Below are positions 9,656 through 18,048 of a stretch of DNA of 33,986 bases, one piece after another. Positions within the stretch are counted from its first letter, which is position 1; every line of letters starts with the position of its first letter. This stretch comes from a virus (lineage: Duplodnaviria; Caudoviricetes), in the IMG/VR virus record IMGVR_UViG_3300025011_000122, positions 1-33,986 of that record; one strand, given 5' to 3'. The translations under genes and the position numbers were made by a program. Under the pieces are notes generated by a model. It was not told the DNA's origin. It did no database searches and worked only from the letters and a program-made list of their open reading frames with translations.

Positions 9656-12267
9656 TGGCAATGATAGGGAATGTAATAGTTAGAGTTGGCGCAAATATCA
9701 ATCCAATGCAGCAAGGTCTACAACAAGCACAGGGAAACTTGAGACGGTTTTCACAAACTGCCAACCAGTCAACAAATGCTATTAGAAACGCTATGCAGTC
9801 AATGGCTCAAGGCAGTACTTTGAATATGGGACTGATGGTAAGCTCATTATCTATGGGTAGGGCTGGATTAATTGCACTAGGTGCAGCGGCTGTAGTGTCG
9901 TTCGGCATGCTCAGTGCCAACGGTGTCCGTTCGGCTATGGAAGTTGAAGCGGCAGTGCAGCAACTTAATCGTATAATGGGGGCAAGTAGTACCGCATTTA
10001 TGGAGTGGGCAAATACACAAGCAATTGCTTTTAATATGTCCAGGAGTGAAGCCCTAAAGTATGGTGCGGTATATGGTAATTTACTTACCACGATTACAAA
10101 AGACCAAGCCACAGTAACGTCATACACTCAAGACTTACTGAAAGCATCTGCGGTTGTCGCATCTGCCACAGGCAGAGAAATGACAGACGTAATGGAAAGA
10201 ATCAGATCTGGTTTACTTGGTAACACGGAATCAATTGAGGACTTAGGAATTAACGTCAATGTCGCATTGCTTGAAAGTACCGAAACATTCAAAAGGTTTG
10301 CGAATGGCAAGTCTTGGGACCAGTTGGATTTTAGGACTCAGCAACAAATAAGGCTGTTTGGAATACTTGAACAAGCAACTAGTAAATACGGTAATGAAGT
10401 TAATAAGAATACATCTTCAAGTATTGCACAACTAAATGCATTGTTAAAAGATTCGATGTTGAATATCGGACAGGCGTTTTTACCACTAGTAAACGTAGTA
10501 GTACCAATATTAATAGATTTTGCAAATAACTTAAAATATGTAACAGGTGTTTTTTCGCAATTCACTCAGGCACTTTTTGGAGTTAATTCGACACAATCGC
10601 AAAATGCTACAAATGCATTAAAGGCATCCAAGGCACAAACCGCATTAGGTAATGCAACTAAGAAGGCTGGAGATAACGCAAAAAAAGGTGTCGCAGGATT
10701 CGATGAAATAAATCAGTTGCAAGAGAGTATTGCGGCTAATGCGGCAGATGCAACTAGCGTTACAGGTAGTAGCTCTGTGACTGCCACAAAACAAGATACC
10801 AGTAGCTTAATGCCTAAAGGATTAACTGAATTCGTTGATAAACTCAAGAAAGATTTTACGCCAGCATTAACAGATTTAAATGCGTCATTTAAAGATTTAA
10901 AGGACGCATCTACAGACCTGTGGAAAACATTAGAACCATATTTGAAACCAGTTGCAAAAACTGTGCTTGATACGCTGGGTAATACAGCTGAGGGTATTGC
11001 AAAAGGTGCTTTTTATAAACTTAGTGGATCAATTGAAAAAATTACAGGAGCCACCAATATTGCAAACGGATTAATCAAAGGTGATTTTCCAACAACTTTG
11101 AAGGGTTTAGAACAAGTAACAGATGGCACGTGGAAAGGTATAAAAGGATCGGTTATATCTGTATTAAACCCAATATTTCCTGATATTGAAGATAAATTAA
11201 ATAATACAGAAAAGATATGGAAAGCAGGATGGAGTAAAATAAAGGATCATGTGAAAACATACGGAGATCCAACTAAGTTGGAAGCATCTGATTTTACGGA
11301 TTTTATAAAGGATGAATTTAGTAAGAAATTTCAGAAAGTCAAGGAGGATTCGGCGGCTAAATGGGTTGAAATAACCTCTAATCTATCAACCAAGTGGGAC
11401 GAAATAAAAACAAATGCCGGAACCAAGTGGGAAGAAATAAGAACAACTTTGAGCGGTAAATGGGAGCTTATAAAATCAATAACCTGGGGTGATGTAAAAG
11501 ATAAAGTATTATCTAAGTGGGACGAATTAAAAACAGAATCGGGACCTAAATGGGAGGCATTTAAAACTACGCTTAATGATAAGTGGACGTTAATAAAAGA
11601 TCAAATTGGGTGGAGTGATATTAAAGATACAGTGTTGTCAAAATGGGATGATTTGAAGAAAGAGTCAGGACCTAAATGGGATACTTTTAAAACATCTATC
11701 GAAGGGAAATGGGAAGCTATTAAGTTAATAAAATGGGACACTGTTAAAACTGCAATATTGAAGGTTTGGGAAGGATTAAAAACGGACACAGCAACAATAT
11801 GGGATGGTATGGGTAAAACCATTAAAAGCAGTATAAATGTAGCAATAAACCTTATAAATGATTTTATTAATAAAGTTAATAGCATGAAAATAGACATACC
11901 TAAAGTAACGATTAATGGCAATACAATAGGAGGCGGGTCAATTGGATTTCCACAAATTCCTCTAATAAAACCAATACCATTAGCTAACGGGGGAATAACC
12001 GATGTTAACAGACCGTTTTTGGCAAAAGTAGGTGACAACAAAACACAAAGGGAGGTAGTCGCTCCACTTGGGGATTTAACTGATATGATTACGAGTTCGG
12101 TTAGCTCCGCTATGCTAAATGTAATGCAATTTAGTCAACCATCACAATCAAAAAACGCTGAAGCTAATCTCTATGTGGATGGTGTTCGGCTTGCTAGAGC
12201 GATAATACCGCTTATAGATAAAGAATTATCAAGGATAGGTAAACCTACATTGTTACAAACTGTGTAA
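9655..12267 (+). CDS. Tape measure protein
   Basis: 870 aa, Ala-rich and helical; GFDEIN motif, Trp-periodic repeats, C-terminal LANGGI...VG....EVVAPL. Confidence 0.93.
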   Translation: MAMIGNVIVRVGANINPMQQGLQQAQGNLRRFSQTANQSTNAIRNAMQSMAQGSTLNMGLMVSSLSMGRAGLIALGAAAVVSFGMLSANGVRSAMEVEAAVQQLNRIMGASSTAFMEWANTQAIAFNMSRSEALKYGAVYGNLLTTITKDQATVTSYTQDLLKASAVVASATGREMTDVMERIRSGLLGNTESIEDLGINVNVALLESTETFKRFANGKSWDQLDFRTQQQIRLFGILEQATSKYGNEVNKNTSSSIAQLNALLKDSMLNIGQAFLPLVNVVVPILIDFANNLKYVTGVFSQFTQALFGVNSTQSQNATNALKASKAQTALGNATKKAGDNAKKGVAGFDEINQLQESIAANAADATSVTGSSSVTATKQDTSSLMPKGLTEFVDKLKKDFTPALTDLNASFKDLKDASTDLWKTLEPYLKPVAKTVLDTLGNTAEGIAKGAFYKLSGSIEKITGATNIANGLIKGDFPTTLKGLEQVTDGTWKGIKGSVISVLNPIFPDIEDKLNNTEKIWKAGWSKIKDHVKTYGDPTKLEASDFTDFIKDEFSKKFQKVKEDSAAKWVEITSNLSTKWDEIKTNAGTKWEEIRTTLSGKWELIKSITWGDVKDKVLSKWDELKTESGPKWEAFKTTLNDKWTLIKDQIGWSDIKDTVLSKWDDLKKESGPKWDTFKTSIEGKWEAIKLIKWDTVKTAILKVWEGLKTDTATIWDGMGKTIKSSINVAINLINDFINKVNSMKIDIPKVTINGNTIGGGSIGFPQIPLIKPIPLANGGITDVNRPFLAKVGDNKTQREVVAPLGDLTDMITSSVSSAMLNVMQFSQPSQSKNAEANLYVDGVRLARAIIPLIDKELSRIGKPTLLQTV

Positions 12268-12278
12268 AAATAGGTATA

Positions 12279-12307
12279 TTGTATAATCTATTACAACACT
12301 GTACAAT
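12279..12307 (+). promoter_or_regulatory. SigA-like promoter of the moron gene
   Basis: TTGTAT (12279-84), 17-bp spacer, TACAAT (12302-07). Confidence 0.65.
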
Positions 12308-12335
12308 ATACCTAAAAATATCAGGAGGAACAAAA

Positions 12336-13073
12336 GTGAAGAAAATTATTTTAGGAATGGTGTTATTAGCATCCTTAGTTTTAGCAAGTGTATCATTTGC
12401 ATCTACAGGTAGTTTTACAGCATTAAAAGCAAGTTTCAAAGTATTGGTCAATGGCGTGGAATTAAAGTCAGATAAGCCTATTGTAACGATTGGCGGCAGT
12501 ACTTACTTACCGCTTTCAGATGTTAGTAAAGCTTTGGGTATAAAAGTAAATTTTAATACTAAAAAGAATCAAATCGAAGTAGGAGAAACCAACTTAGGAA
12601 ACAACAAGGCTGTATCATTTAAGAATCCCGGCAATATCGGAAGTGCACAAATATTAACATTAAACGATTATGACGGTATAAAAAAGTTCTCAGTAAATTT
12701 AACATCGGTGTTAAGAGGGGATCCCGCTCTATACTATTTAAAAAGTGATTATGATAGCACCAAATATCCTGAAAACGGATACGAATACTTAGTAGCCAAG
12801 ATTGATTTTAAAGTTTTATCCCTAAAAAAAGATACTTGTTATGATGTGAGTGGGGGATCACAATTTGATTTAATATCTCAACAAGGTGTAGAATATGAGT
12901 ATTCGGACGTTTATCCAAAAGAATACCTGGATGGGAATGTATACGAAGGTGCGGAAAAAAATGGAGTTGTAGTTTATAAAATAAAAACAAGTGATTTAAA
13001 ACCACGCATAGCCTTTGGAAGAAACTATGACGGCACTGGGGGCGTATGGTTTAAAGCTTACAAAGATAAATAA
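12336..13073 (+). CDS. Moron: secreted protein with a copper-amine-oxidase-N/stalk-like domain and a DUF4352-like Ig domain
   Basis: GTG start after AGGAGG; signal peptide (KK, hydrophobic core, SFA); GSTYLPL..VSKALG..V motif; C-terminal G.EYLV...G.V.Y. Confidence 0.75.
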   Translation: MKKIILGMVLLASLVLASVSFASTGSFTALKASFKVLVNGVELKSDKPIVTIGGSTYLPLSDVSKALGIKVNFNTKKNQIEVGETNLGNNKAVSFKNPGNIGSAQILTLNDYDGIKKFSVNLTSVLRGDPALYYLKSDYDSTKYPENGYEYLVAKIDFKVLSLKKDTCYDVSGGSQFDLISQQGVEYEYSDVYPKEYLDGNVYEGAEKNGVVVYKIKTSDLKPRIAFGRNYDGTGGVWFKAYKDK

Positions 13074-13096
13074 GCACTAACAATAACAATAACAAT

Positions 13097-13125
13097 AAAA
13101 AAACACTCTAACAGGGTGTTTTTTT
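13097..13125 (+). terminator. Bidirectional intrinsic terminator after the moron
   Basis: A run, ACACTCT-AAC-AGGGTGT stem-loop, T run. Confidence 0.8.
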
Positions 13126-13150
13126 ATTGCTCCAAAAGGAGGCAAGCCCC

Positions 13151-13495
13151 TTGATTAAAATAAATAGTGTTACTATCCCAACTCCGTCCGACTATACAGT
13201 TGGCATTATGGACATAAGCAAAGCCGAAAGAAATGCTACTGGCGAAATGATAATTGAGAGAATAGCAACTAAAAGAAAATTAGACCTGAGCTGGAAATAT
13301 ATTTCTCAAGATGATCTATCGGATTTGTTGAATAAAATAACAGCTGTATTTTTTACAGTAGAGTATCCTGATCCACAGACTGGAGTTTTAAAAACTGGAA
13401 CATTTTACGTCGGCGATAGAAGTGCAGCGGCAATTGACTACAGAAGCGGTGTAATGCGATGGAAAGATATTAAATTTAATTTTATTGAAAAGTAG
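13151..13495 (+). CDS. Distal tail (Dit-like) protein, DUF6711-like
   Basis: TTG start after AAGGAGG; ERNATG.M...IATKRKL.L.W...F.V.YPDP..G....FYVGDR motif. Confidence 0.75.
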   Translation: MIKINSVTIPTPSDYTVGIMDISKAERNATGEMIIERIATKRKLDLSWKYISQDDLSDLLNKITAVFFTVEYPDPQTGVLKTGTFYVGDRSAAAIDYRSGVMRWKDIKFNFIEK

Positions 13496-13503
13496 GTGTA
13501 AGC

Positions 13504-15369
13504 ATGTATCCAGTATCGACTGAGTTTTTAGATAAAATAAAAGCATCTATTAGGCAAGTATACGGTAGGGTGCAGATTGATTATACCGACCCTTTTATCG
13601 ACCAAAGCATTACAGCATCAGCGAGCGAAAACGCTAATGTATCATTCCCGGGGCAGACTGCGAACTCCATATCAAATCCAGATAGAAAATGGTTTAGTCT
13701 TGATGGTAGTTGTACATTAGATGGTACTTATTATCTTATACCTACAAATGGATCTAAAGAAATAGGATGGTGGGGAAGCCAATTATCCGGAGCTTTAGGA
13801 GTATTTTCTGCGACATATCCAAAGCTAACGGTATTATTTGCCGCAAGACCATTGCACAGCTTAAAAGTAGTCGGAGACAGCGCAAGGGCAGAGTATCCTG
13901 TAGATTTTACGGTAAAAGTATACGACGCAAGCAATACTTTGCTTTATACCGAAACAGTAACAAATAATACTTTAGTAACTTGGACGGCCACAATAACTCC
14001 TATTCTAAACGTTACTAAAATGGAGCTCGAAATTACAAAATGGAGTCATGTGGGCAGACAAGTAAAGATAGTTGAGTTTTTTACAAGTGTGCAAGAAACT
14101 TACCAAGACGAAGATATCTTGTATTTTTCAGTATTAGAAGAAAGAGAAATAATGGATAGCGGTGTATCCGTTGGAGTTGCAACCGCAAATGAAATAAGTA
14201 TAAAACTAAATAACCAAGATAGAAAATTTGATGCTGGAAATACGCAAAGCCCTCTATATGGGGTACTGAAGCCGAATAGAAGAATAAAGGCATGGCTCGG
14301 AATTATGAAAGACGACGATACGATCGAAGAAGTGCCTATGGGTGTGTTTTGGACAATATCGTGGGAAGCAAAGGAAGCAGAGTTATATGCAAAAACTGTA
14401 GCGAGAGATAGATTACAACTACTAGACAAAACAACATATAAGACTAGCCAGGTTGTGGCTAACAATACTTTGTATCAGCTTGCGGTAGCAATATTTGCAG
14501 ATGCCGGAATAACAAGTAGTGAATATTTTATTGACACAGAACTGCAGTCCTTTACCGTACCTTATGGCTGGTTTAATGTAGTTAGTCATAGAGAGGCACT
14601 TAGACAAATAATAGAGGCTTGCGTAGGTCAGATGTATTGCGATAGGGATGGGATTATCAGAATAGAAGGACCATCTTATTTGAGTAGTAAAATAACATCT
14701 GATCTGACAATAACGAGTTCGGATATCTGGGACAAAGACAATCCTACAAAGCCGGATTCAGTTGCCAATTATATAGAGGTTGATACCAACTCGCTACAAC
14801 CTGAAACAGTGGCGCAACAAATATACAACTCCAATACAAGTATTAGTATGACAGCGGGTAGCATGTTAGATTTTACTGTTTACTATAACAGCACTCCATG
14901 CATCGAAGCGGTTGCCTCTCTAAGCGGGAATACGAACACACACGTTGAATCGGTGGTTTACTACGCCTGGGGAGCAATTATTACTTTACACAACAGTGGA
15001 GCATCCACAGAAGCCGTAACAATAACAGTAGATGGTAAGCAACTAAACGTGCTTAACAAAGAAAGGGTTATAGCCTCAGACGATACAAGCATAATTGATA
15101 ACGGTAAAATAACATATACCTTTCCGACAAACAATCTCATCCAGACATTAGCAATGGCTCAGACTAACGCAGATAATGTACTTGATTCCTTTAAAAGCTC
15201 CAGAAGGGATGCGGATATAAACTGGAGAGGCAATCCGGCTTTACTACTTAGTGATAGACTAACCGCTCCAGATTATAAAGATCTAAGCACAAATGACTAT
15301 TATGTAGCAACCCAGTTTTTTGAATATGATGGAACGCTAAAATGTAAAACGCAGGGGAGGTCGGTATAG
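13504..15369 (+). CDS. Tail tip / baseplate hub protein
   Basis: 621 aa after the Dit-like gene; P.GVF, YCDRDG and WRGNP motifs; a beta-sandwich-like segment near residues 85-195. Confidence 0.75.
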   Translation: MYPVSTEFLDKIKASIRQVYGRVQIDYTDPFIDQSITASASENANVSFPGQTANSISNPDRKWFSLDGSCTLDGTYYLIPTNGSKEIGWWGSQLSGALGVFSATYPKLTVLFAARPLHSLKVVGDSARAEYPVDFTVKVYDASNTLLYTETVTNNTLVTWTATITPILNVTKMELEITKWSHVGRQVKIVEFFTSVQETYQDEDILYFSVLEEREIMDSGVSVGVATANEISIKLNNQDRKFDAGNTQSPLYGVLKPNRRIKAWLGIMKDDDTIEEVPMGVFWTISWEAKEAELYAKTVARDRLQLLDKTTYKTSQVVANNTLYQLAVAIFADAGITSSEYFIDTELQSFTVPYGWFNVVSHREALRQIIEACVGQMYCDRDGIIRIEGPSYLSSKITSDLTITSSDIWDKDNPTKPDSVANYIEVDTNSLQPETVAQQIYNSNTSISMTAGSMLDFTVYYNSTPCIEAVASLSGNTNTHVESVVYYAWGAIITLHNSGASTEAVTITVDGKQLNVLNKERVIASDDTSIIDNGKITYTFPTNNLIQTLAMAQTNADNVLDSFKSSRRDADINWRGNPALLLSDRLTAPDYKDLSTNDYYVATQFFEYDGTLKCKTQGRSV

Positions 15370-15486
15370 ATGGCATGGCAAGAACCGAATGTTAATTGGC
15401 CCACCGAGGAAGAAATTGAAATTGCTTACGAGGATTTTAACAGGATCGAAGGTAATATTGCTGATCTGCATACTAGATGTACGTAA
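15370..15486 (+). CDS. 38-aa mini-protein paralogous to the fibre N-terminus (absent from the ORF track)
   Basis: MAWQEPNVNWPTEEEIEIAYEDFNRIEGNIADLHTRCT; GGAGG RBS at 15356-60. Confidence 0.7.
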   Translation: MAWQEPNVNWPTEEEIEIAYEDFNRIEGNIADLHTRCT

Positions 15487-15504
15487 AGGAGAGTGAGGTT
15501 ATAA

Positions 15505-16194
15505 ATGGCATATCAAACGCCTAAAACAGATTGGACAAACGCAGATGCGCCTGTTGGATCTGATTTAAACAGGATAGAGGGAAATATTGCGGATATAAAT
15601 AGCACAGTTACAACGGGTAAAAATGCAATAGCTGCATCAATAACTGCGATGGGTCAAAGCGCGGCAGGAAGTGAAACAATGGCAAGTTTAGCATTGAAAA
15701 TCAGAGATATATCAGATGATGCCGATGCAACAACTAGTGATGTATATCCCGGTAAGACATTTTACCAAGGCGGTAGTAAGAAGACTGGTAATATGGTTAG
15801 TAAAGTTGGTAGCAATACAGTTATTACTCCGAGTGCATCTGACCAAGTAATTCCGCAAGGATACTACGGGGGTTCGGCTGCGGATGGTAAGGTTGCCGGA
15901 GCTGTTCTCAAACATTTTGCACAAGGGACAGTAGTTGGAGATAGTAATGGTGTAATGGTAGTAACTGGGTTAACTTTTCTACCATCGGTGATATTACTAA
16001 GAAATAGCGCAGGCTATGCTTTTGTTTTATACGAAGCCTACGCTGATGCTACATCTTTTGTTACTCGGACAGGCGCATCAACCATAGTATCAGTTGCGCT
16101 AGATGGCACTAATAATTACGTAACGTCAAGTGGTTTTAAATTAACCAATGCTTACCACGGAGCTACCACTTATAAATATGTAGCTATCGAATAA
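15505..16194 (+). CDS. Tail fibre / receptor-binding protein
   Basis: W.TPKTDW...DLNRIEGN-type anchor; GK..IA..IT..G, DADAT..DV..GKTF and IPQGYY motifs typical of Firmicute phage fibres. Confidence 0.7.
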   Translation: MAYQTPKTDWTNADAPVGSDLNRIEGNIADINSTVTTGKNAIAASITAMGQSAAGSETMASLALKIRDISDDADATTSDVYPGKTFYQGGSKKTGNMVSKVGSNTVITPSASDQVIPQGYYGGSAADGKVAGAVLKHFAQGTVVGDSNGVMVVTGLTFLPSVILLRNSAGYAFVLYEAYADATSFVTRTGASTIVSVALDGTNNYVTSSGFKLTNAYHGATTYKYVAIE

Positions 16195-16212
16195 AAAAAA
16201 TGGAGGTATGAA

Positions 16213-16488
16213 ATGTTATATGTTAATAGATTATTTTTTGATAAAAATAACGGGGCGTGTCTTTATAGATACAGCATGGAGGGAGATATAATAATCCACA
16301 CAGTTGAAGAGGATATTGCTTTTTATATTCCCGATGTTGCTTTCGATGATGTAGCTACAAAAGAAATTTCCCAAGATGATATTGAAACTATTAATAATTT
16401 AAACACTTGTTATAAAGTAAATCTTGATTTAGAAACAAATGAATTGGAGTTTGATTTTAATTTTCCACCAGTGACTGAAACCACCTAA
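16213..16488 (+). CDS. Small acidic protein after the fibre (putative fibre chaperone)
   Basis: GGAGG RBS; position; C-terminal KVNLDLETNELEF. Confidence 0.6.
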   Translation: MLYVNRLFFDKNNGACLYRYSMEGDIIIHTVEEDIAFYIPDVAFDDVATKEISQDDIETINNLNTCYKVNLDLETNELEFDFNFPPVTETT

Positions 16489-16495
16489 AATCAAT

Positions 16496-16583
16496 GGGTG
16501 TAAGTATATTACACCCCTTGGAAAAGTCCAAAATTGATACCGTTTTAAGCCTCGTTTTTTAACCAAAAACAGGCTTATTTTAT
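16496..16583 (+). terminator. Two hairpins between the tail and lysis modules
   Basis: GGGTGTAA-GTATA-TTACACCC (16496-516) and TAAGCCT...AGGCTTA followed by a T run (16546-583). Confidence 0.55.
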
Positions 16584-16607
16584 TACAAAAATAAGGAGAG
16601 TGAAACT

Positions 16608-17000
16608 GTGGATAAAAGTATTGTATCTGGTTTTATTGCTGTAATTGGAGCAAGTATAGTATCTATGTTGGGAGGATGGGACATGGGACTGCAAGCCTTA
16701 GTGGTATTTGTAACGCTGGATTATGCTACAGGATTGACAAACGCATTTATAAACAAAAAACTTAATTCGGACATCGGATTTAGGGGGATTGCAAAAAAAG
16801 TTGTAATATTTGCATTGGTCGTAGTGGCTCATATGTTAGATAAATTATCAGGTCAGGCAATCCTCCGAAATCTAGTTATATTTTTTTATATCGGCATGGA
16901 GGGGATCAGCATATTGGAAAATTGTAAAGGGATTGGAATTCCGCTACCCAAGCAGCTTGTTGAAGCTTTGGACAAAATGAAAGGAGATGTGAGCAAATGA
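16608..17000 (+). CDS. Holin (Phage_holin_4_1-like)
   Basis: Transmembrane segments; LGGWD, DYATG, LNS.IGFRGIAKK, EG.SILEN and G.P.P motifs. Confidence 0.92.
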   Translation: MDKSIVSGFIAVIGASIVSMLGGWDMGLQALVVFVTLDYATGLTNAFINKKLNSDIGFRGIAKKVVIFALVVVAHMLDKLSGQAILRNLVIFFYIGMEGISILENCKGIGIPLPKQLVEALDKMKGDVSK

Positions 17001-17464
17001 AAATAATTAATGCCAAAATAAAATTCAACGGAACATTTGGCAAAAACGAACCACAAAACATAATTATCCATCATGCGCTTGCCAAGAAATGCACTATTTA
17101 TGATATTGATAGATGGCATAAAGAGAAAAGCTGGTCTGGCTGTGGATATCATTATTTTGTGCAAAAAGATGGACGTGTTTACAAGGGCAGATCCAATCTA
17201 GCAAATGGAGCGCATTGTGAACAGCAGGGAATGAACAAATTATCTATCGGTATATGCTTGGAGGGTTGCTATCAAGATTATGCAAACCAGACTGATAAAG
17301 AGGTTCCGAAGGCACAAATGGATAGCTTAGTTGCATTAGTTAAAGAAATCAAGAGTGCTTACAGAATACCACTAGAAAAGGTATTTCCGCACAGTCATTT
17401 CGCACCCAAGTTATGCCCAGGGAATTATTTTCCTTGGGATAGATTTATAGGCAATATTAAATAA
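16997..17464 (+). CDS. Endolysin, N-acetylmuramoyl-L-alanine amidase (Amidase_2, T7 lysozyme-like)
   Basis: IIIHH, GYHYFV, GAHC, SIGICLEG and PH......CPG zinc-ligand motifs; catalytic domain only. Confidence 0.92.
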   Translation: MKIINAKIKFNGTFGKNEPQNIIIHHALAKKCTIYDIDRWHKEKSWSGCGYHYFVQKDGRVYKGRSNLANGAHCEQQGMNKLSIGICLEGCYQDYANQTDKEVPKAQMDSLVALVKEIKSAYRIPLEKVFPHSHFAPKLCPGNYFPWDRFIGNIK

Positions 17465-17483
17465 AAAATGGAGGGAAATAACT

Positions 17484-17654
17484 ATGGCTGAGATAAAAAG
17501 ATATGGAGTAACAATATTACCTAAGGAGTTTATCGGGACAAATGCTGAGAGGTTGGCACTGTCCACAACGGATCTACCAGTCGGCTCGACTTGGTGGGCG
17601 ACTGATACAAAACTTGGGTTTATTTACGACGGCACGGCATGGCAGGGGGTGTAA
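17484..17654 (+). CDS. 56-aa protein with a fibre/decoration-type repeat (absent from the ORF track)
   Basis: MAEIKRYGVTILPKEFIGTNAERLALSTTDLPVGSTWWATDTKLGFIYDGTAWQGV; GGAGG RBS. Confidence 0.7.
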   Translation: MAEIKRYGVTILPKEFIGTNAERLALSTTDLPVGSTWWATDTKLGFIYDGTAWQGV

Positions 17655-17657
17655 GAT

Positions 17658-18047
17658 ATGCAACCAAATAACACTTTAACTAATATTTTAGCAATGCAGA
17701 CTAGGGCGTCATTGGCTGACATTACGACCTTTACTAGCGTGTCATCTGTAGCAAATGTTTACACTTTAGACTTGGCTTTAAAAGTGCAAAAAAACTTTGC
17801 AATTGAAACAGCAGATGCAGTAGCAAAAACGATTACAATCACAAATCCACCTACAACAGTTGGCACTATATTAAATGTAAGTATAAAGCTTAAATATACT
17901 AACGCCGCTACAATCGCTTACCCGTCAGGTACTACGTGGCAAGATGGAGCTGTTCCATCGCCAACAGTTGGCAAGAGTCACCTTTTACTATTTACATCTT
18001 ATGATGCAGGTGTTACATGGCTTGCGAGTGACATAGGAGAGTGGTAG
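17658..18047 (+). CDS. Hypothetical virion-associated beta protein
   Basis: YP...W..G..P.P...K..LL.F.S.D.G.TW motif seen in phage fibre-like proteins. Confidence 0.6.
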   Translation: MQPNNTLTNILAMQTRASLADITTFTSVSSVANVYTLDLALKVQKNFAIETADAVAKTITITNPPTTVGTILNVSIKLKYTNAATIAYPSGTTWQDGAVPSPTVGKSHLLLFTSYDAGVTWLASDIGEW

Positions 18048-18048
18048 T

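Noticed and set aside
13079-13096. (AACAAT)3 microsatellite
   Set aside because: It is too short, lies in a 3' UTR, and has no evident phase-variation role.
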